Below, in pieces: positions 33,548-42,968 of a stretch of DNA of 64,000 bases (position 1 is the first letter of the stretch; each line of letters begins with the position of its first letter). Location of the stretch: contig CAJQRK010000007.1 in the NCBI GenBank assembly GCA_905612305.1, forward strand, positions 98,660 through 162,659, read 5' to 3'. The translations under genes and the position numbers were made by a program. Source of the stretch: an uncultured Flavobacteriales bacterium (GTDB lineage: Bacteria; Bacteroidota; Bacteroidia; Flavobacteriales; BACL11). Under the pieces are notes generated by a model, which worked only from the letters and a program-made list of their open reading frames with translations, was not told the origin of the DNA and did not search any database.

Positions 33548-33939
33548 TGGGATTAAGAAGCAGAAATAAAGTAAGTGCAACCTTTAATATGTCCTCCATG
33601 ACGGACATAGTTTTTTTGCTGTTGATATTTTTCATGCTGACCTCTACCTTAGTTAGCCCAAATGCATTAAAACTATTGTTACCCAGCAGTAAAGCTAAAA
33701 CTTTAGAAAAACAAACGATTTCAATCTCAATAACTAAGGATATTTCATTTTATATTAATGAAAATGAAGTGTCCGAAAATACGATTGAGCAAGAACTAAA
33801 ATTATTGTTAAATAAAGAGCAAGAACCTGCTATTATTTTACATGCTGACAAAACAGTGGCCATTGAGCATGTGGTAAAGATAATGGATATTGCTTACCGT
33901 AATAAATACAAAATTGTATTAGCAACAACATCTAAATAA
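33547..33939 (+). CDS. exbD: ExbD/TolR biopolymer transport protein
   Basis: 130 aa. N-terminal SMTDIVFLLLIFFM TM helix; start overlaps the exbB stop. Confidence 0.85.
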   Translation: MGLRSRNKVSATFNMSSMTDIVFLLLIFFMLTSTLVSPNALKLLLPSSKAKTLEKQTISISITKDISFYINENEVSENTIEQELKLLLNKEQEPAIILHADKTVAIEHVVKIMDIAYRNKYKIVLATTSK

Positions 33940-33940
33940 A

Positions 33941-34720
33941 ATGACAGCTACTGAAAAGAAAAGTAAACGAAAAGGAATCATTGGAACAATTCTGTTTCAT
34001 GTTCTACTTTTAGTTTCCTTTCTTTTTATGGGGCTTACTTATCAAGATCCACCTCCTCAAGAAGAAGGAATCAGTATTAATTTTGGATTTACAGATGAAG
34101 GGTTAGGGGAAATAGAACCTGAAGACACAGAAGAAATTATTGACCCTGTAGAAGAAGAAATTATCGAAGAACAAATAGAAAGTACTGAAGAAATAGTAAC
34201 CCAAACTACTATTGAAACTCCGGCAGTTGAAAAGACTGAGGAAAAGAAAAAAGTAGTTGAGAAAGAACAGCCAAAGGAAGAAGTAATTGAAGAAAAAAAA
34301 CCAGAGGTGAATAAAAGAGCAATTTATCCTGGTAAGAAAAAAACTACAACAACTTCAGAAGGAAATGAAAGAGGGGAAGGAAAACAAGGGGCTATTGATG
34401 GCGATCCTAATGCTGATGCATATGCAGGCGGAGGAATTGGAGAAGATGGAACTGCTTATCAATTAGGCGGCAGGAAAGCTGAGTTTAAAGCAAAACCAAT
34501 TTATACTGTTCAAGTAGAAGGAAAAGTTGTGGTGGCAATTACTGTTGATAGACTAGGAAATGTAATTTATGCAAACCCTGGCGCAAAAGGATCCACTACA
34601 CTTAACAAAGAACTTTTACAAAGAGCCAAAACAGCTGCTCTCAAAACAAAATTTGAACCCAAACAATCTGCTCCAAATAATCAGCAAGGAAAAATTATTT
34701 ATTATTTCCAACTGAATTAA
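33941..34720 (+). CDS. TonB-like energy transducer
   Basis: N-terminal TM helix, E/K/P-rich linker and a C-terminal TonB_C-like domain (VVVAITVDRLGNVIYANP). Confidence 0.7.
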   Translation: MTATEKKSKRKGIIGTILFHVLLLVSFLFMGLTYQDPPPQEEGISINFGFTDEGLGEIEPEDTEEIIDPVEEEIIEEQIESTEEIVTQTTIETPAVEKTEEKKKVVEKEQPKEEVIEEKKPEVNKRAIYPGKKKTTTTSEGNERGEGKQGAIDGDPNADAYAGGGIGEDGTAYQLGGRKAEFKAKPIYTVQVEGKVVVAITVDRLGNVIYANPGAKGSTTLNKELLQRAKTAALKTKFEPKQSAPNNQQGKIIYYFQLN

Positions 34721-35931
34721 TGACCTACCAACAAACGCTTGACTATCTATTTGATCGTTTACCTATGTATCGAAGACACGGAGCTGCAGCTTACAAATCC
34801 GATATTGGAAATATTGTAATAGCAACTCAGCACTTAAACAATCCACATAAAAAATTTAAAAGCATTCATGTTGCTGGTACAAATGGTAAGGGGTCTACTT
34901 CACATTTATTAGCATCCATATTACAGGAAGCAGGCTATAAAGCTGGGCTTTATACTTCCCCTCATCTAAAAGATTTCAGAGAAAGAATAAAGATTAATGG
35001 AAAGATGATTAAAGAGGCTGAAGTCATCTCCTTTGTAAGCAACAACAAGGCTTTTTTTGAAACATTAGAATTATCATTTTTTGAATTTACTGCAGCATTA
35101 GCCTTTGATTATTTTGCCAAACAGAAAGTAGACATTGCTATCATTGAAACAGGTTTGGGAGGCAGGCTAGACAGTACAAATATTATTCGCCCTGAGCTAA
35201 CAATCATCACCAATATAAGTTTGGATCACACCACTCTATTGGGAGATACTATTGAAAAGATTGCTGAAGAAAAAGCAGGGATCATAAAAGATAGCATCCC
35301 AATTATTATTGGCAGAAAACAAAGAAAAACAACTGAAATTTTCAGAAAAATTTCTAAAGAGAGACAAGCTAAATTAATTTATGCTTCAGCTAATAATAAA
35401 TACAAAACAGATTTAAAGGAAAACTATCAAAAAGAAAATGTCTCCACTGCCCTTACCGCTATTAGTCAGTTGCAAGCAATGAATTGGAATATTTCTGAGG
35501 ATAATATAATAAACGGAATAGGAAACACCCTAAAGAATACAGCTCTTATCGGTAGATGGCAAACCCTAAGCAAACACCCTCTTATTATTTGCGATATGGG
35601 ACACAATGAAGATGGAATCAAACAAGTCACTCAACAAATAAAAGAATTACATTACAATAAGCTTCATTTTGTATTTGGTGTAGTAAAAGATAAAAACATT
35701 GACACCATATTCCCTTTATTACCTGAAAATGCTGAGTATTATTTTTGCCAAGCCAATATTGATCGTGCAATGGAGGCAGAAGAATTAGCAAAAAAAGCCA
35801 TAAAATTAGGACTAAAAGGAGAACCCCATACTAGTGTAAAACAAGCGCTTAAAGCAGCAAAAAAGAATGCTACTAAAGATGATTTAATCTTTGTGGGAGG
35901 AAGTGCTTTTGTGGTTGCTGAGGTGCTATAA
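34720..35931 (+). CDS. folC: Bifunctional folylpolyglutamate synthase/dihydrofolate synthase
   Basis: Mur-ligase-type P-loop HVAGTNGKGST; 403 aa. Confidence 0.9.
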   Translation: MTYQQTLDYLFDRLPMYRRHGAAAYKSDIGNIVIATQHLNNPHKKFKSIHVAGTNGKGSTSHLLASILQEAGYKAGLYTSPHLKDFRERIKINGKMIKEAEVISFVSNNKAFFETLELSFFEFTAALAFDYFAKQKVDIAIIETGLGGRLDSTNIIRPELTIITNISLDHTTLLGDTIEKIAEEKAGIIKDSIPIIIGRKQRKTTEIFRKISKERQAKLIYASANNKYKTDLKENYQKENVSTALTAISQLQAMNWNISEDNIINGIGNTLKNTALIGRWQTLSKHPLIICDMGHNEDGIKQVTQQIKELHYNKLHFVFGVVKDKNIDTIFPLLPENAEYYFCQANIDRAMEAEELAKKAIKLGLKGEPHTSVKQALKAAKKNATKDDLIFVGGSAFVVAEVL

Positions 35932-35948
35932 TTTATTTTGATGAAACC

Positions 35949-35976
35949 TTGCTTGTAATAAGAAATGCTATATATT
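35949..35976 (+). promoter_or_regulatory. Candidate Bacteroidetes sigma-A promoter for tRNA-Val
   Basis: TTG at 35949-35951 (and 35953-35955). TATATTTG (TAnnTTTG, -7 element) at 35969-35976, 14 nt upstream of the mature tRNA 5' end. Confidence 0.4.
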
Positions 35977-35989
35977 TGCATCCGATTTT

Positions 35990-36064
35990 GGGCGATTAAC
36001 TCAGTTGGTTCAGAGTGCCTCCTTTACACGGAGGAAGTCGGGGGTTCGAGTCCCTCATTGCCCA
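35990..36064 (+). tRNA. tRNA-Val, anticodon TAC (UAC), no encoded CCA
   Basis: Folded by hand into a cloverleaf. Acceptor GGGCGAT/ATTGCCC, D stem ACTC/GAGT, anticodon stem CCTCC/GGAGG with loop TTTACAC, T stem GGGGG/CCCTC with loop TTCGAGT, discriminator A. Confidence 0.9.
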
Positions 36065-36065
36065 C
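36044..36065 (+). repeat. attL core (within tRNA-Val T-loop/acceptor 3' strand)
   Basis: GTTCGAGTCCCTCATTGCCCAC; 21/22 identical to 43069-43090. Confidence 0.85.
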
Positions 36066-36100
36066 AGATATTCTACCAAAAGAATCCAAATTTTAGCAAC

Positions 36101-36138
36101 AACCCTGTAAACTAAGTGTTTATGGGGTTTTTTGTTTT
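36101..36138 (+). terminator. Element-borne terminator for the reconstituted tRNA-Val
   Basis: AACCCTGTAAAC-TAAGT-GTTTATGGGGTT forms a 12-bp stem (two G:U pairs), followed by TTTTTTGTTTT. Confidence 0.7.
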
Positions 36139-36175
36139 CCAACATCACCAAATAACACTATTAAATCCCATATTA

Positions 36176-36237
36176 AAGGTGTCCTATTAGGTGTCCTTTT
36201 TTAAGTTTTGAAATGGGACACCAGAAAGAGTGTAAAG
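36176..36237 (+). promoter_or_regulatory. Candidate integrase/Xis arm-type sites, left end
   Basis: GGTGTCCT-ATTA-GGTGTCCT (36178-36197), inverted GGGACACC (36215-36222) and AAGAGTGTAAAG (36226-36237). The same 22-mer and the inverted 12-mer recur at the right end. Confidence 0.5.
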
Positions 36238-36334
36238 TGTTGATAATATGTGAATTATATAGTTTATTCTGTTGCATATTAACTTAAAATTATGTATATT
36301 GTAAGCAATAAATAGGAGTCTAAAATACTTTAAA

Positions 36335-37564
36335 ATGACAAATACTTTCTCACTACTTTTCTACATCAGAACAAGTAAAACAAAATCAAATGGTACTGTA
36401 CCAATCTATGTACGCATAACTATCAATGGAAAAAGAGCTGAATTTTCTGCCAAAAGAACAATTGACCCTAACAAATGGAACAATACTAAGGGCAGAGCAA
36501 AAGGCTCTAACGAACAAACAAAATCACTGAACAAATACCTAGACACTATACAAGCTAAGGTTTATGAAAATCAACAAGAGTTAATGCAAAAGAATAAATC
36601 AATTACAGCAGGGACTCTTAAAAATGCTGTATTAGACATTAATCCTGATAAAAAAACACTTCTTGGGGTTTTTGAGAACCATAACAAAAAAATCAATCAG
36701 CTCATAGGCAAAGGTTATGCAATTGCTACTGTTGGTAAATATGAGCTTTCCTACAAACATTTAAAGGAGTTTATTAAGTTTAACTATAAAGCAGATGATA
36801 TACATTTAGGTGAAGTAATTTTCGGTTTCATCACAGATTTTGAGCATTATCTTTTAAGTGTAAAAAACATCAGCAGAAACACAACCAATAAATACCTATC
36901 ACACTTAATAAAGATGATTAATATTGCTCTAGACAATGAATGGATAGATAAAAACCCATTCCGTAAGTTTAAGATGAAAAACAAAGAGGTAGTAAAAGAG
37001 TTCTTAACAGAAAATGAGATTCAGATTTTACTTAGCAAAGAATTTACAATAAAACGTTTGGAGCTAGTCAGAGATATATTTGCTTTCTGTTGTCTTACTG
37101 GCTTAGCATTTGTTGATGTAGAAAAACTTAATCCTGATAATTTACATACAGGTATTGATGGCAACCTGTGGATACATATCAGAAGGCAAAAAACAAATAC
37201 AGCATCTCACATTCCTTTGATACCACAAGCTCTTAAAATAATTAACAAATACAAAGGCCACCCCTTAGCAGTTAATAAAGGCAGTGTTCTGCCAGTCCTT
37301 TCAAACCAAAATATGAACGCCTATCTAAAAGAAATAGCTGATTTGTGTGGGATAACCAAAAATCTAACTATGCATACTGCAAGACATACTTTTGCAACTT
37401 ATGCACTCACTAAAGGAGTTCCTATTGAAACTGTTGCAAAAATTCTAGGGCATAAAGATTTAAAAACCACACAGATTTATGCCAAGATAATTGACAGTAA
37501 AATAGCTGATGACATGAAGAAACTGATGAATATAAATTTAAAAGGAACACAGAAAGCCTCATAA
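36335..37564 (+). CDS. Tyrosine site-specific recombinase (Bacteroidetes-type integrase with N-terminal arm-binding domain)
   Basis: N-terminal LLFYIRTSKTKSNGTVPIYVRITINGKRAEFS, typical of Bacteroidetes element integrases. Catalytic HTARHTFAT (HxxR) and LGHKDLKTTQIYAK (catalytic Tyr). Confidence 0.9.
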   Translation: MTNTFSLLFYIRTSKTKSNGTVPIYVRITINGKRAEFSAKRTIDPNKWNNTKGRAKGSNEQTKSLNKYLDTIQAKVYENQQELMQKNKSITAGTLKNAVLDINPDKKTLLGVFENHNKKINQLIGKGYAIATVGKYELSYKHLKEFIKFNYKADDIHLGEVIFGFITDFEHYLLSVKNISRNTTNKYLSHLIKMINIALDNEWIDKNPFRKFKMKNKEVVKEFLTENEIQILLSKEFTIKRLELVRDIFAFCCLTGLAFVDVEKLNPDNLHTGIDGNLWIHIRRQKTNTASHIPLIPQALKIINKYKGHPLAVNKGSVLPVLSNQNMNAYLKEIADLCGITKNLTMHTARHTFATYALTKGVPIETVAKILGHKDLKTTQIYAKIIDSKIADDMKKLMNINLKGTQKAS

Positions 37565-37733
37565 AAAAATATTTAATCCTATATACGACAAACCATGGTG
37601 TATAAATAGACCCTCATAATGGTTAGTTACTCACATTATGTTGAAAAGCAAATTAGAGATAATACTTAATTTTGACTAATTATTCAATTAAAATTTGTTA
37701 TATGATATTAATACAAATCAATACATATTAAAT

Positions 37734-38003
37734 ATGGATAAAAACAACTTAGTTACAGTACAAGACCTTCAAAAAATGAAAGAAGAAATTATTAGTGAAA
37801 TAGCACTAATAACAGAAAAAACAACTACTCAAAAGGAGTGGCTAAGGTCAGCAGAGGTAATGAAGATGCTAACCCTTTCCACAGGTACACTACAGAATCA
37901 TAGAATCAATGGAAAAATCCCTTACACTAGGATAGGGGGCACTCTTTATTATGAGCGTAAAGCAATACTTAAAGTGCTTAACGATAATAAGAGAGCTGCC
38001 TAA
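37734..38003 (+). CDS. Excisionase/AlpA-like helix-turn-helix (HTH_17) protein
   Basis: First ATG at 37734 (the track uses an alternative start, 37695). EWLRSAEVMKMLTLSTGTLQNHRINGKIPYTRIGGTLYYE is the MerR-superfamily excisionase-type HTH. Its stop overlaps the next gene's start. Confidence 0.7.
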   Translation: MDKNNLVTVQDLQKMKEEIISEIALITEKTTTQKEWLRSAEVMKMLTLSTGTLQNHRINGKIPYTRIGGTLYYERKAILKVLNDNKRAA

Positions 38004-39535
38004 TGAGTAAAGAAGTTAAGAACAAATACATACCCAAAAACTATAACCACAGTATTTTACTGAAAATTCATTCTCCTAATAAGGAGGATTATAAACCTAA
38101 AGAATATAAGGTTTATCAGCTCTTAGCAATGATTAACGAGCTATACCCAATGCAGGAGAACCAAAGGCTTTTGTATGGGGATTATACCTATATAAGTGCT
38201 ACTAAATTGAAACACTTATTTGGTAATGATTATAAGGCAACTGTTGATTGGTTGGTTAAAGCTGATGTTTTCAAAACAGATAATCAATATATCAATGGTA
38301 AAAAATGTAAGGGGTTTAGTTTTACAGATAGTTATGCGGATGCTACTCCTAAGAAAGTAACCATTTGTAAGGGTTCTTTAGTAAGGAAGCTTTCTAAAAA
38401 ATCTAATTCATCTTATGCTACTGAAAAAAAGTATGGCTTCTTATATAAATATTTAGATGGCTTAGAAATTGATGTAGAGGGGGCTTCTGAATGTGCTTGG
38501 AGTATGTATAAGCAAGATAAATTAGAATACTCTAGTAAGTTAGCTAAATATGAGTTAAAGGTAGCTAGTGCCACTTATAAAAGTAAATCATTAAAAAAAC
38601 CTGCAAATCCTACAGTTAGGTTGACTGTTGGTTTAGATAATATAGATAGGATTGATAACAAAGATTTTGGTTTTACACAAGATTCAACTGCATATAGGGT
38701 GCATACTAACCTTACTAATATTAAAAGTGAGCTTAGGAATTATGTTACTTATAATGGTCAGCCAATAGTATCAGTTGATTTTGCAAATTCACAGCCAATG
38801 CTTAGTACTACACTGTTAAGTCCAGTGTTTTGGAATACTGACGCCACAGCAACTGCAGAAATGGAGGAGAAAATTCTAAAAAAAGGTTTAAAACCTAATA
38901 TTCTTAATAATTCAGACATATTACCCAGTGTTTTCAGTGATATTATAACAATGTCTTGTAATCCCTTTAGCTATACTTCTTATATTATGTTTACAAAAAC
39001 AGGTATTCCACCTGTAAGTATAGCTGTTCCTGTTGATATTCAAAGGTATATTGACCTTTGCCAGAGTGGGGATTTGTACAAGTTTCTATCAAAAGAAATG
39101 CAGTTAGAACAACAGGGTATAGCTGATATTGATGGTAGGGGTGTTAAGGCAGCAGTATTTCAAGTGTTGTTTACTGATAACAGGTTCTTAGGACAAGCTG
39201 ACGCTAAACCTAAAAGAATATTTAAGGAATTATTCCCATCTGTTTATGATATACTCTTTCATATTAAGCGTAATGATAGCACAGTCCTTCCTATTACCCT
39301 ACAAATTATTGAAAGTACTATTATTTTGAATAGAGTGGCAAAGCGTATTTCTATTGAAAGACCCAACTTATTTATTACTACTATTCACGATTCTGTTGCT
39401 ACTACATTAGGTAATGAGGATTATGTAGAGCAAGTAATGCGGGAAGAAATGATAATAGCAATAGGTCTTGAACCATCTTTTAAAGTGGATTATTGGTCAG
39501 CTGATAATCCTATAACAATTAAAAAAACAGCATAA
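38003..39535 (+). CDS. Hypothetical 510-aa protein with family-A (Pol I/T7-like) polymerase-like motifs; putative element replicase
   Basis: Real ORF, translationally coupled on both sides. YRVHTNL (231-237), IVSVDFANSQPML (D259), RGVKAAVFQVLF (K382/F386/F390) and TTIHDSVATT (H462/D463) occur in the order expected for PolA pre-motif A and motifs A, B and C; the K382/F386/F390 spacing reproduces the motif B K-x3-F-x3-Y register. The function is inferred, not demonstrated. Confidence 0.45.
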   Translation: MSKEVKNKYIPKNYNHSILLKIHSPNKEDYKPKEYKVYQLLAMINELYPMQENQRLLYGDYTYISATKLKHLFGNDYKATVDWLVKADVFKTDNQYINGKKCKGFSFTDSYADATPKKVTICKGSLVRKLSKKSNSSYATEKKYGFLYKYLDGLEIDVEGASECAWSMYKQDKLEYSSKLAKYELKVASATYKSKSLKKPANPTVRLTVGLDNIDRIDNKDFGFTQDSTAYRVHTNLTNIKSELRNYVTYNGQPIVSVDFANSQPMLSTTLLSPVFWNTDATATAEMEEKILKKGLKPNILNNSDILPSVFSDIITMSCNPFSYTSYIMFTKTGIPPVSIAVPVDIQRYIDLCQSGDLYKFLSKEMQLEQQGIADIDGRGVKAAVFQVLFTDNRFLGQADAKPKRIFKELFPSVYDILFHIKRNDSTVLPITLQIIESTIILNRVAKRISIERPNLFITTIHDSVATTLGNEDYVEQVMREEMIIAIGLEPSFKVDYWSADNPITIKKTA

Positions 39536-39729
39536 TGCATACATATTTCATAAACAAAAATGGTGTTCAAACTTATATTGATAGCAGAGGGATTTATCTC
39601 TCTTACCCCATAGACAGCCGTAACATTGCAGAAGTATCATTAGATAGCTCTACAAGGGCTCTAAAGCTGTTTCAAGTAGCTTCTTTGCAGGATATAACAG
39701 GCTTTCATATTATGGCTTATAATTTTTAG
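39535..39729 (+). CDS. Hypothetical 64-aa protein
   Basis: Its ATG overlaps the stop of the upstream gene (TAATG). No recognisable motif. Confidence 0.45.
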   Translation: MHTYFINKNGVQTYIDSRGIYLSYPIDSRNIAEVSLDSSTRALKLFQVASLQDITGFHIMAYNF

Positions 39730-39788
39730 TTATCATTACTAATCATGTGTATAATAAAATCATGTATTCTCCCTCTTAAATTAGGAAA

Positions 39789-39859
39789 ATAATAACTCAA
39801 AATGCCAGAATCTAATGTATATATCTGACTACCTATAAATAGCATCATAATTACGTAAA
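39789..39859 (+). repeat. Intra-element direct repeat, copy A
   Basis: ATAATAACTCAAAATGCCAGAATCTAATGTATATATCTGACTACCT matches 42803-42848 at 41/46 positions. Both copies are followed ~15 nt later by (A/G)ATTACGTAAA. Confidence 0.8.
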
Positions 39860-40279
39860 TAACTACTAATCAATTATTTACAATTATACTATTGGAATTA
39901 CCCTTATTAGTGTAAAATAATGTCTGGCAAAGTATTGTTATTAAGACTTACATCTACCCAGCAGTTCCGAACTCAAACAAACCTATCAATGATTAATTAA
40001 TAAAAGTTAGTTATTTATTATATTGAAGTATTTTAAGGTTTTTAAGGCTTAAAAAGAGAATAATTAACAACTCTACATCCTGTAAATTGAGCATATAGAT
40101 AGTTATAAAATTGAACTTTAAATGTGGCTGTTTAAGTGTGTTTCTTCAAGTGGTAGTTGAGGTGTTGCTTACGGTATTTAGTTCTTAACCTATATAAATA
40201 AACTCAAACTATTGAAAATAGATATATTATAACTAAGTTTGGGGAGTTTAAAACAATAGATTAACAATAAAATAAGATT

Positions 40280-41089
40280 ATGAAAAAAATACTATTTGGA
40301 TTATTACTATTTAGCTTTGTAAATGCATTATCAATAAATCCAGTTATTGAATACCTATATGAACCTGATTCTTTAGGATTAGATTTTAAAGAGTATCAAC
40401 TACTAACTAAAGATAAAGCTAAAATAAATAGTTGGTGGCTTAGTCCATTGGTTAAAAATGATAATAACAATAATGTTATAATAATTGCAGGAGGTGATGC
40501 TGGAAATATGTCTTATTTATTAAACCATGCTTACTCCATAAGCTATAACGGATACAATGTTGTATTATTTGATTACAGAGGGTTTGGCAAAAGTTCAAGT
40601 TTTGAAATAAATCAAAAGCAACTGTATTATAACGAATTTACAGATGACCTAGAAACTGTTATTAGTAAAGTAAAAGAAAAATGGAATGATAAGAAAATTG
40701 GAGTTTTAGCTTTATCAATGGGAACAATAATAACAAACTCTTATTTGAAAACACATACTCTTGATTATATTATTTTAGAGGGAGTTGTCAGTAATACAAG
40801 TAACTTCACAACAAAAGTTGAAAATTTAAAAAATCGTAAAATATTACTCCCAAAATCTTCTAAGAAGTATGATGAATTATTTTTTGTAAATCTACAAAAT
40901 GCAAAAAATGTAATTATTTTTCATGGAACTGAAGATAATTTTTCTGAAATCACAGAACTTAAAAAGATTAAAAAAATAAATATTATAGAATTTAATGGAG
41001 GGCATTTACAAGGATTTCATTCACTAAGTAAAAATTATTTTGGAGATTTATATATCAATCATATCACGAGTTTTTTTAATAATAAATGA
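40280..41089 (+). CDS. Secreted alpha/beta-hydrolase (serine hydrolase)
   Basis: Signal peptide, FDYRGFGKSS, nucleophile elbow GVLALSMGT, acid FHGTEDN and His NGGHLQGF. Confidence 0.7.
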   Translation: MKKILFGLLLFSFVNALSINPVIEYLYEPDSLGLDFKEYQLLTKDKAKINSWWLSPLVKNDNNNNVIIIAGGDAGNMSYLLNHAYSISYNGYNVVLFDYRGFGKSSSFEINQKQLYYNEFTDDLETVISKVKEKWNDKKIGVLALSMGTIITNSYLKTHTLDYIILEGVVSNTSNFTTKVENLKNRKILLPKSSKKYDELFFVNLQNAKNVIIFHGTEDNFSEITELKKIKKINIIEFNGGHLQGFHSLSKNYFGDLYINHITSFFNNK

Positions 41090-41258
41090 AGTTTCCATTT
41101 TTTTAATGATTTAATTTCTATTTTAAAGAGGAGATGTAAAATTAACTCTAATGCTTGAAAACAGTCTTATTTATAAAAAGCGAAATCTATTTACAAATTA
41201 TACCACTTTGGAAAGAATACGTACAGTTAAACCTTTATTTTAACATGAAAAAACAAAA

Positions 41259-42362
41259 ATGAGATTAATTATAATACTTTCAGTCCTACAATTTTATGCA
41301 GCAATTATTTATGCTCAAAACTCAGATACCACTTCTGCTTTAATAAAACATTCTGAAATTTTTAGAATACAGCTAGAGCAAGATAGTACTCTAAATAAGG
41401 AATTAGAATTAGTTGACTATTTTTTAAATAAAAAATATGATTCAATTAATATTCAAAGTAATAGTTCAGAACAATTTAAAAAATATAGTTTAAATTTTTA
41501 TTCCTCTAAATATTATAAAAATAAAGATAATGAATATGTAATTTTATCTTCTAAGCAAGATGCAGAGAAAACAAACTTTAAGGTTATCTACAAATTAAAC
41601 TCAGAAGCATTTAATTTGAAATATGATGATTTCTATAATGCCATTTTTAATTTGAATTTCATTAAGAAAGAAGGTGAAACATACCTAGATATTAGTCCTG
41701 ATTATACTGATTATAATACATATTCAATTGAAAATATTACCTTTTACCAACTAGAACCTTTTACTGAATTAGAGAAAAAGGAATTAGTAAAGGATGTGTC
41801 CTTTTATTTTGAGATGTATAAACGATTTGAGGTAAAGAAAAAAACTCAGCCATTAAAAATAATTAATATTAATTATTTAAGCAGTTTACACTTTATCGGT
41901 TTTGATTATGCTTTAATGCAGACTGGAATAACTATACCTGATGAAAACCTTCTTCTTTCTCCTGAATATTTATCAAACAAACATGAAATGATTCATTATA
42001 TCCTAAATGGAGAATATAAGTTTCGTACTTTTATAAATGAAGGAATAGCAACTATTTATGGAGGTAGTGGTGGTCAAACTTATCAAAAGAAATTAGAAAA
42101 TGTAAGTAATAAAATAACTGCAGAAGAAAGAGAGGATTTTATTAAATTCCTTGTTGAGGGTAAAAGAGTTGGAGGTGATTTTCAGGATTTTTATTATTCA
42201 ATATCAGCAAAATTAGTTGATTTATATAGGATAAAGGAAGGCTTTACGGATAAGGAGCTTATTGATGCTTTGAATAATCTTAAAATAACACACAAAGAAT
42301 TTATTATAGACAAGCTAAAGGAAGAGAATCCTAGTGAGTTTATCAATTCCATTTTTTATTAA
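41259..42362 (+). CDS. Secreted putative gluzincin metallopeptidase (peptidase_MA-like)
   Basis: Signal peptide. HEMIH (41991-42005) is followed 15 residues later by NEGIATIYGG, the HExxH...EGxAxY pattern of MA-clan peptidases. Confidence 0.55.
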   Translation: MRLIIILSVLQFYAAIIYAQNSDTTSALIKHSEIFRIQLEQDSTLNKELELVDYFLNKKYDSINIQSNSSEQFKKYSLNFYSSKYYKNKDNEYVILSSKQDAEKTNFKVIYKLNSEAFNLKYDDFYNAIFNLNFIKKEGETYLDISPDYTDYNTYSIENITFYQLEPFTELEKKELVKDVSFYFEMYKRFEVKKKTQPLKIININYLSSLHFIGFDYALMQTGITIPDENLLLSPEYLSNKHEMIHYILNGEYKFRTFINEGIATIYGGSGGQTYQKKLENVSNKITAEEREDFIKFLVEGKRVGGDFQDFYYSISAKLVDLYRIKEGFTDKELIDALNNLKITHKEFIIDKLKEENPSEFINSIFY

Positions 42363-42802
42363 AAAATACTTATATATATTTATACAATTAATTATTATAT
42401 AATCAATATACTGTAAATAGGTGAATTATAATAAGACTGTTTGAAGCAAAATGGACACCTCAAAAAATAGGATTAAAGTTTAATAAAGAAGATGAAAAGT
42501 AGAAAAACAACAGACAGTAGAGAAAAAGATTGTTGTTGAGTAAAACAAAAGTGCATAATTTCTATTATATAATGTGCCATTTAAGAAAGGTATAAGCGAA
42601 AACCTTACAGGAAGCTCTAAAGGTTCGGTAAGTGCGACTACTAAGCTTGTAAGAGAGTTAATTGCCATCAACATTACCTTTACAGATACTAAAGAAGAGG
42701 AATAAAGCTATGTATTAGCACTAAAACGACATCAAATCTGACAACATAAAAAAGAAAACCCTTGTAAATCATTAATACTTATTTTGAATACAATTTTAGT
42801 GT

Positions 42803-42873
42803 ATAATAACTCAAAATACCAAAATCTAGTGTGTATATCAGACTACCTTTTAACACAAAGGTGATTACGTAAA
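42803..42873 (+). repeat. Intra-element direct repeat, copy B
   Basis: See copy A (39789-39859). Confidence 0.8.
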
Positions 42874-42968
42874 CCAAGCTATATTAACAACTTACTAATT
42901 AATTTAGAAGTTTTAAAAGTTCAAAATCATATAAAATTTAATACATTTGCCACGCAGGGTGAAAATAA

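Noticed and set aside
42480-42674. 64-aa minus-strand ORF in the non-coding right arm of the element.
   Set aside because: No start context, a hydrophobic low-complexity translation, and a location in an AT-rich spacer. Treated as spurious.
42559-42705. Plus-strand open frame FLLYNVPFKKGISENLTGSSKGSVSATTKLVRELIAINITFTDTKEEE, possibly the tail of a lost element gene.
   Set aside because: There is no ATG and no upstream continuation (a stop lies at 42556-42558). Only ~48 codons, with no motif. It cannot be distinguished from chance.
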